A stretch of 64,000 nucleotides of DNA, taken from assembly GCA_030605835.1 (NCBI GenBank), contig JAUWHO010000035.1, forward strand, positions 35,776 through 99,775, given 5' to 3'. The DNA comes from Candidatus Zixiibacteriota bacterium. GTDB lineage: Bacteria; Zixibacteria; MSB-5A5; DG-27. The notes under the pieces were generated by a model. The model was not told where the DNA came from. It made no database searches and saw only the letters and a program-made list of their open reading frames with translations. This document shows, piece by piece, positions 58,734 to 64,000 of the stretch (positions are counted from its first letter, which is position 1; every line of letters begins with the position of its first letter). The translations under genes were made by a program, and so were the position numbers.

Positions 58734-59663
58734 CTAAATATGATCGGTGTCCTCGTCGGTTCGACCGTCCCCGTCGTTATCAATCCCGTCCAATGTCTCC
58801 TCATCGATCTGACCATCGCCGTCATTATCCAGACCGTCATCGTAGTAATACATCTGGACGGTGGCCTCAATGTCATCGATTAGATTCTCGATCTCCTCGA
58901 AGTTGAGTCCCGGCTCAATCCTGTCTATGATGTGATGGACTAAAGGTCGGGCCTCTTCGATTAAATTGAGGACGAAATCTATGAGGACATTTATCTGTTC
59001 GGGGTCAGGGGGACCACCGCCCGGTTTATACAGTCCGCCGGTTAAAAATTTGTAAAGCCTCAGGATCTCATAAATATCCCCGTAGGGGATAATCTCCAAG
59101 ATGATGTCCTCCTCATCGATCTCCCCGTCTTGGTCGGTGTCCCGCAAACCCAAAATGGCACACAGAGTCGTTGCTACAGCGAGGTCCACGACGATGTCAT
59201 CCGGTTTGAACTTTCCGGTGGCGCGCCCATCAATGATCCAGGTCAAATCCTCCCTGACTCCCAGGTTGGCTCGATAGATCGTATTCTTGCTGGCGATGTC
59301 TGCTGCGGTATCGGTACCTGCAACAGAGAAAATCGGCAAGCCCGGCTGGTTGCCGCGCTCAGCCTCGGTTTGATCTAACTGGTCGATCAGCCACGTAACG
59401 TCAATGTCGGCCGCCAGAACCAGTGCCTTGGAATGGTAATATCTCGCCTCCGAGTTGTGAGGGTCTTCTTCGATCGCTAGCGCCAGCTCGGCCTCCGCCT
59501 CCTGGTATTCCCCATCTCGAAGGAGCTGTTGCCCTTTGGCAAGGTGACCCAGGCCGGTGTCCTCCTCGGTCATCCACCCGAAGATGTTGCAGCCACAGAG
59601 GAGTAAGAGAGGGACAATGGCCAAGGCGAGCGCAAGAGTTAGGATGCTTAGGTTTCTCTTCAC
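58734..59663 (-). CDS. TPR-containing lipoprotein with acidic Ca-binding (DxDxDG) repeats
   Basis: Lipobox LLLCGC; TPR-like GQQLLRDGEYQEAE...DPHNSEARYY; DGLDNDGDGQIDEE / DGIDNDGDGRTDED. Confidence 0.75.
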   Translation of the reverse strand: MKRNLSILTLALALAIVPLLLLCGCNIFGWMTEEDTGLGHLAKGQQLLRDGEYQEAEAELALAIEEDPHNSEARYYHSKALVLAADIDVTWLIDQLDQTEAERGNQPGLPIFSVAGTDTAADIASKNTIYRANLGVREDLTWIIDGRATGKFKPDDIVVDLAVATTLCAILGLRDTDQDGEIDEEDIILEIIPYGDIYEILRLYKFLTGGLYKPGGGPPDPEQINVLIDFVLNLIEEARPLVHHIIDRIEPGLNFEEIENLIDDIEATVQMYYYDDGLDNDGDGQIDEETLDGIDNDGDGRTDEDTDHI

Positions 59664-59769
59664 GGTGCCTCCTGATTGCTGTTTTTTATCTCGTTTACGC
59701 TTGTCTCCTTTTCAGGTAATATCAATTGTCCACCATAATATTAAATTTCAAATCTCGGCGCAAGTTGTA

Positions 59770-59785
59770 TGTGACCGGCCTCACA
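59770..59785. promoter_or_regulatory. CRP-family binding site
   Basis: Perfect TGTGA-N6-TCACA between divergent promoters (minus TTGCGC-17-TATTAT; plus TTGACA-17-TAAAGT). Confidence 0.5.
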
Positions 59786-59839
59786 ACCACGCCACACGCT
59801 TGCACAATGAATTAATCGACAAAAAGAGGGTTTTGTTTC

Positions 59840-60056
59840 TTGACAAAAGAAGTATCGCCGACTAAAGTTTGAAAACCAAAAGCTGAAAGCCGACAGAAGG
59901 AAATCTTTAGGTGATCAAGTTTATCAATATGATTCCGTCTGGGCTCAGCAGGGCTATTGCACCCAAAATCCGCCTGTGGCGAAGTAGGCTTACTTGAGAA
60001 GAATACAAAAATGGCAACTAAAGCCGTGGCCTCTAAAGTGAGCCACGGCTTTTCGT
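59840..60056 (+). promoter_or_regulatory. Promoter, structured leader and intrinsic terminator (attenuator-like)
   Basis: TTGACA-17-TAAAGT at 59840-59868; long hairpin 59882-59949; terminator AAAGCCGTGGC...GCCACGGCTTTTCGTTT at 60020-60058. Confidence 0.55.
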
Positions 60057-60071
60057 TTATAAGGTGATACC

Positions 60072-60266
60072 GTGAAAAACATCGAAAAACACTCAATCGT
60101 GACTGAAGAGCTGAGCCGAATCTTCAAGAAGAGAAGATTCCGGAAAGATATGGAAAACGAGGTGGTGGCCTTAACCGGAGTCAACCTGAAGATCAGGGAG
60201 GGGGAACTTTTCGGGCTCTTAGGACCTAACGGGGCCGGCAAGTTAGACCAAGTCACAAATTATTGA
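60072..60266 (+). pseudogene. Truncated ABC ATPase (ends right after Walker A)
   Basis: [26 protein letters not shown] then a stop 7 codons later; no downstream continuation seen. Confidence 0.75.
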
Positions 60267-60304
60267 TCAGTAGACAGCAAACAGCAGACAGGGTTCGCCC
60301 TCCT

Positions 60305-60366
60305 GTTGGTCACGGATGCCCTCATCCGTGACCTTCTGGGTGCCGGACGGGGCGTCCGGCACCAAC
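60305..60366. repeat. Inverted REP-like doublet (GTTG head)
   Basis: GTTGGTCACGGATG..CATCCGTGACC and GGTGCCGGACG..CGTCCGGCACCAAC. Confidence 0.75.
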
Positions 60367-60413
60367 GGGTTGAGGGGCATCCGCTTAATCCGTTTCATCT
60401 GCTGTGAATAAAC

Positions 60414-62198
60414 CTACTCCACCTCAAACACCACCAGCGTCACCTTCCCTGCCTCGACCTTCGCCTTAAGGGAATATCTTCTGCCGTTCACCTCTGTAAA
60501 GAGCAGATATTCGCCCGCGGGGACATCCCCAATCACGAAATTCTCTTGATAATAAGGGTCTGGTGTGACCTTGTCCTGATACGTCACCGTGTATGAATAG
60601 GGTGTCTCCACCGGGCCAGGTTTCTCCACCCCATATATCTTGACGTCCGGGATATCTCTTCCCTTGATGTCGACGACTCTACCGACGATAGTGCCGCATG
60701 ATGGGAGAGGTTGTATCCACAATTCGGAATTGCGGGTCCAGCTTTCGCGGTTGTCATCTTCCTTTTCGGAGAGGGAAACCTCGAAGTGGAGATGCTCATT
60801 TGTGACATTCCCTTTCTTACCAATGGAGCCGATTATCTCCCCCTGTGTGACTCTATCGCCCACCTTCTTCGTGATGTGATGCATGTGATGATAGTGATTG
60901 TAAAGGAAGTATCTGTCATACTTTTTGTCGTTTTTCAGAACCAGGTGGCCTATCTCCGGCTTGACGTACACAATCTCACCATCAGCGACCGCACGTAATG
61001 GTGTACCCTCGGGGTTATTGTATTCCACTCCCTGGTGCTGGCGGAATTCCCCGCCCATGGTAGTGCCATATAGATAGCATTGGTCTAGCTGGTTGTTATA
61101 CTCCGCGCTCACCGGTCTTATCATCCAGCGATGCTCCGGCTCCTCTACTTTGTCAAAGACAGGTATGTTCGATTCCTCTGGTTTTGGAATCTCCGGCTTC
61201 TCCGTCGTGCTCTTGTATAGACCGGAGTTTGTCCCGACGTAGACAGCCCCGTCATTGTCCATGTGGATGCAGTTAATACCCCGGGAGGGGAGACCACTTT
61301 CAACTCCGAACTGTTGCCACGTCTCGCCACCATCAGGGCTGTGGACTAGACCTTTATATGTGCCCGCCCACAATTCACCCTTGGAAGTGACTGCAACAGA
61401 TATGATATAGTCACTCGGTAACATATCTGTCCCGATTCGTTGCCAAATCTCCCCCCCATCTGCGGATTTAAATAGACCTTTCGGGGTTCCCGCATAGACT
61501 ATATCACCTTTTACGGCTATGGATAGCACCTTCGTTCTCGGTAAACCTTGCTCTGTGTAACTATTGTCGGGAGCGACTATCTTCCAACTTTTCCCACTAT
61601 CAAACGAAAGAGAAAGACCTCTCATATTGCCGAGAAAGATCCTCTCACCATCTGTGTGCATACAGTATATGTACTGACTGGAAATTCCCAACGATTCATC
61701 GAGCACCCTCCAGTCTTTATCGTCCCTGAAAAACATCAAGCCGTCAGCGGAGCTGATAAGCGCCCTGTGTGAATCCACGTAGGCACCAGTGCAGTAAGTG
61801 TAAACCGGTCCAAAGAAGTTGTATCCGTATCGCTTCCATTTCTTGCCACCGTCTGAGGATATGTTTATCCCATCCCCCATGGTTACTAGAACGATCCTAT
61901 CTCCGGTAAAGTCGATGTTGTGGATGTAATTCCAGCTCAATCCGTCCTTCTTAGTTTTGTTTAACCAGCTCACACCATTATCGTGGGAAATCAAGAGCCC
62001 TCTCCCATAAGTGCCGAGCATCATCAGATTCCCCCTCTTGACAATGCATAAGATGTGGTCATCGCTATGCCCCGGACCCAAATCGACTTTCTCCCAGTAT
62101 ATCTTCATGCCCTCTTCTCCGCCTCCACAAGAAAGGAATAGGACCAATGACGCCAATATTGCTGTCTTAACCATGACTGGTTTCCTTCTCTTTTGCAT
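60414..62198 (-). CDS. Lipoprotein with beta-propeller (BNR repeats), M23 peptidase domain and C-terminal beta-sandwich
   Basis: Lipobox LFLSC; SxDxGxxW repeats; HQGVE, HLHFEV. Confidence 0.82.
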   Translation of the reverse strand: MQKRRKPVMVKTAILASLVLFLSCGGGEEGMKIYWEKVDLGPGHSDDHILCIVKRGNLMMLGTYGRGLLISHDNGVSWLNKTKKDGLSWNYIHNIDFTGDRIVLVTMGDGINISSDGGKKWKRYGYNFFGPVYTYCTGAYVDSHRALISSADGLMFFRDDKDWRVLDESLGISSQYIYCMHTDGERIFLGNMRGLSLSFDSGKSWKIVAPDNSYTEQGLPRTKVLSIAVKGDIVYAGTPKGLFKSADGGEIWQRIGTDMLPSDYIISVAVTSKGELWAGTYKGLVHSPDGGETWQQFGVESGLPSRGINCIHMDNDGAVYVGTNSGLYKSTTEKPEIPKPEESNIPVFDKVEEPEHRWMIRPVSAEYNNQLDQCYLYGTTMGGEFRQHQGVEYNNPEGTPLRAVADGEIVYVKPEIGHLVLKNDKKYDRYFLYNHYHHMHHITKKVGDRVTQGEIIGSIGKKGNVTNEHLHFEVSLSEKEDDNRESWTRNSELWIQPLPSCGTIVGRVVDIKGRDIPDVKIYGVEKPGPVETPYSYTVTYQDKVTPDPYYQENFVIGDVPAGEYLLFTEVNGRRYSLKAKVEAGKVTLVVFEVE

Positions 62199-62201
62199 TT
62201 A

Positions 62202-63011
62202 TCACCTTGGTTTTTCCGGATTCAACGCTGAAGCGAGCTTTAAGAATCTTTCTATGGTGACCTCTTCCGGTCGGGTTCTTTTGTCCAAGCCAACGTCTGC
62301 TAAGATCTCCTCAAGTTCTGGTTTAGATATTTTCAAGCTACTGGAGATTGAATTCACAAGCATCTTCCTTCTTTGAGAAAATGCCGTCTTCACCAGCCAG
62401 AAGAAGAATTCCTCCTCTTCGGGTTTGACCAGTGGGATGGGACGAGTAGTCATCCTGACCACGGTGGAGGAGACCTTCGGTTGAGGCTTAAAACATTTTG
62501 GAGAGACCTGGAAAAGCTTCTCAAGTTTGGCGTAGACCTGAACGAATATCGAGAGAAGACCGTACGCTTTCTTTCCACTGGACGCGGACAATCTGTCCGC
62601 CACCTCCTTCTGAACCATAAACACCGCGGCTTCGATGACTTCCCGATCACCAACGATCTTGCGCATAACCGGTCCGGTGATTCTGTAAGGGAGGTTGCCC
62701 ACCAACTTCAAGTTGCCCTCTTTGGCGGCGAGCCTCAGATCGAATCTGAGAAAATCTCCTCTAATGAGTTTCAGTTTTTTCCTGTCTCCGAGCCTTCTCT
62801 GCAGAGAGGAATAGAGCCCCCTGTCGAGCTCGACCGCCAAGAGCTTGCAGGGAAAATCCAGGATCTTCTCGGTCAAAATTCCCCGACCGGCACCGACCTC
62901 AACAACAATATCCCCTCTATTGATTTCCAAAGCCTCGACGATCTTAGAGGCGATGTTGCCATCAACTAAGAAATTCTGTCCTAAGAGCTTCTTGGGGAGC
63001 ATTCTTACCAT
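62202..63011 (-). CDS. rsmA: 16S rRNA dimethyltransferase RsmA/KsgA
   Basis: LGQNFL, EVGAGRG, GNLPYRIT, MVQKEVA, FKPQPKVSS, RRKML. Confidence 0.96.
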   Translation of the reverse strand: MVRMLPKKLLGQNFLVDGNIASKIVEALEINRGDIVVEVGAGRGILTEKILDFPCKLLAVELDRGLYSSLQRRLGDRKKLKLIRGDFLRFDLRLAAKEGNLKLVGNLPYRITGPVMRKIVGDREVIEAAVFMVQKEVADRLSASSGKKAYGLLSIFVQVYAKLEKLFQVSPKCFKPQPKVSSTVVRMTTRPIPLVKPEEEEFFFWLVKTAFSQRRKMLVNSISSSLKISKPELEEILADVGLDKRTRPEEVTIERFLKLASALNPEKPR

Positions 63012-63029
63012 AGCCTCTCGTGGGCAGTT

Positions 63030-63791
63030 TCAGATTTTGAAGATTCCTCTGGCGTTCTTTGTGGTGATCTCATCCACATCTTTGAAGCTGAGAGGTGGCA
63101 AAATCTCCACCATCTTCTTTACAACGTAACGGACATAACTGGGCTCATTCCTCTTACCACGGTGAGGGACCGGCGTGATGTAAGGACAGTCCGTCTCGGA
63201 GAGGATTCTATCTCGGGGAACATGCTTGATGATCTCTTGAACTCTCGACTTTGGGAAGGTGAGGCTACCTCCAAAGGCCAAATAGAAGCCGAGGGCAAGA
63301 CCCCTCTTGGCGTCGCTGAGACTTCCCGAAAAGCAGTGCAGGACCCCTTGAAGTCTCCCGTCCTGTTTCTGTTCCAGAATATCCAAGCCTTCTCTGTGAG
63401 CGTTTCTGATATGGACTATCAGAGGTAAATTTAGCTCTTTCGCCAAATCAATCTGAGCCTCGAAAGCTCTTATCTGGGCCTCCCTGGGGGAGTAATCTCT
63501 GTAGAAGTCCAGACCGCTCTCGCCGATGGCGACAACCTTCTTCTCGCCGGCTAATTTCCTCAACGATTCATGGGTATTATCATCGAATTTCCCGGCGTCA
63601 TGGGGATGAATCCCGACGCTCGTGTAAATCTTTTCATGTTTTCTCGCAAGTTCGATTGATTTCGTGCAGGCGATCAAATCGACGCTGATGTTAATGAGGG
63701 CCTCCAATCCGGAGTCGAAGGCCCTTTTTATGACCTCTTCACGATCCTGGTCGTATTGCGGAAAATCCAGATGGGCGTGGGTATCGATCAA
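63030..63791 (-). CDS. tatD: TatD-family DNase
   Basis: IDTHAH, GIHPH, IGESGLD, IVHIR, LHCFSG, ETDCPY, GKRNEP. Confidence 0.93.
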   Translation of the reverse strand: MIDTHAHLDFPQYDQDREEVIKRAFDSGLEALINISVDLIACTKSIELARKHEKIYTSVGIHPHDAGKFDDNTHESLRKLAGEKKVVAIGESGLDFYRDYSPREAQIRAFEAQIDLAKELNLPLIVHIRNAHREGLDILEQKQDGRLQGVLHCFSGSLSDAKRGLALGFYLAFGGSLTFPKSRVQEIIKHVPRDRILSETDCPYITPVPHRGKRNEPSYVRYVVKKMVEILPPLSFKDVDEITTKNARGIFKI

Positions 63792-63825
63792 AACTGAAGT
63801 CCAGCCGCCAGCCCGCCCTGGTAAG

Positions 63826-63870
63826 CAGTCAGGACTCGCCCGCCCCGGCGAGCTCCGGTCCTGACTGAAC
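63826..63870. repeat. REP-like palindrome with nested inner hairpin
   Basis: CAGTCAGGAC...GTCCTGACTG-AAC enclosing CTCGCC..GGCGAG. Confidence 0.6.
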
Positions 63871-63923
63871 TGCAGAGGCTTGTGTGATCAATTGCATTCT
63901 GGGAATTTGATCCCCTTTGAGGT

Positions 63924-64000
63924 TTAGCTGACCTTTGCACCCAGCGGCAAGTCCTTATCCAGAGTCAATAGGGCTAATTTGTCTCCCTCGGTGGCGGCAA
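63924..64000 (-). CDS. metG: 3' end of methionyl-tRNA synthetase (C-terminal tRNA-binding domain), partial
   Basis: ...AATEGDKLALLTLDKDLPLGAKVS*; conserved metG-tatD-rsmA order. Confidence 0.75.
   Translation of the reverse strand, partial: AATEGDKLALLTLDKDLPLGAKVS

Noticed and set aside
59875-60058. T-box or ZTP riboswitch
   Set aside because: Lacks the UGGNACC T-box bulge and specifier features; the GTGACCGG and CCGTCTGGGC words are ~165 nt apart and split by a promoter.

Overview
Mostly core chromosome of a moderately GC-rich diderm bacterium. The T9SS-type C-terminal sorting domain (QNYPNPFNATT), LpxL-like acyltransferase and outer-membrane barrel suggest an FCB-group lineage such as Zixibacteria (inference). 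Housekeeping content: recJ, rnpB, guaB, tRNA-Ile2(CAT), tRNA-Val(CAC), dnaE, nadC, leuB-leuC, rsmA, TatD and the 3' end of metG. Also present: a B12 acyl-CoA mutase cluster with isobutyryl-CoA-mutase signature residues, a comEC-pilB-pilT-pilC-pilS competence/type IV pilus block, a nagZ-anmK-spoIID peptidoglycan recycling operon, and an ECF sigma/anti-sigma pair. The most unusual signals lie outside the ORF track: (i) an accessory patch at 26.7-29.96 kb with a solitary attC-like site in front of a radical SAM gene and a ~1.9 kb islet bounded by a duplicated 3' end of the lpxL-like gene; (ii) dense clusters of many different REP-like palindromes, especially on both sides of dnaE; (iii) an in-frame 30-bp palindrome-derived insertion in recJ; (iv) an unannotated structured RNA behind the tRNAs; (v) a secreted LIM-like/DA1-type peptidase; (vi) a 46-aa zinc-ribbon microprotein and several gene stubs. 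No CRISPR array, rRNA, integrase or transposase was seen.
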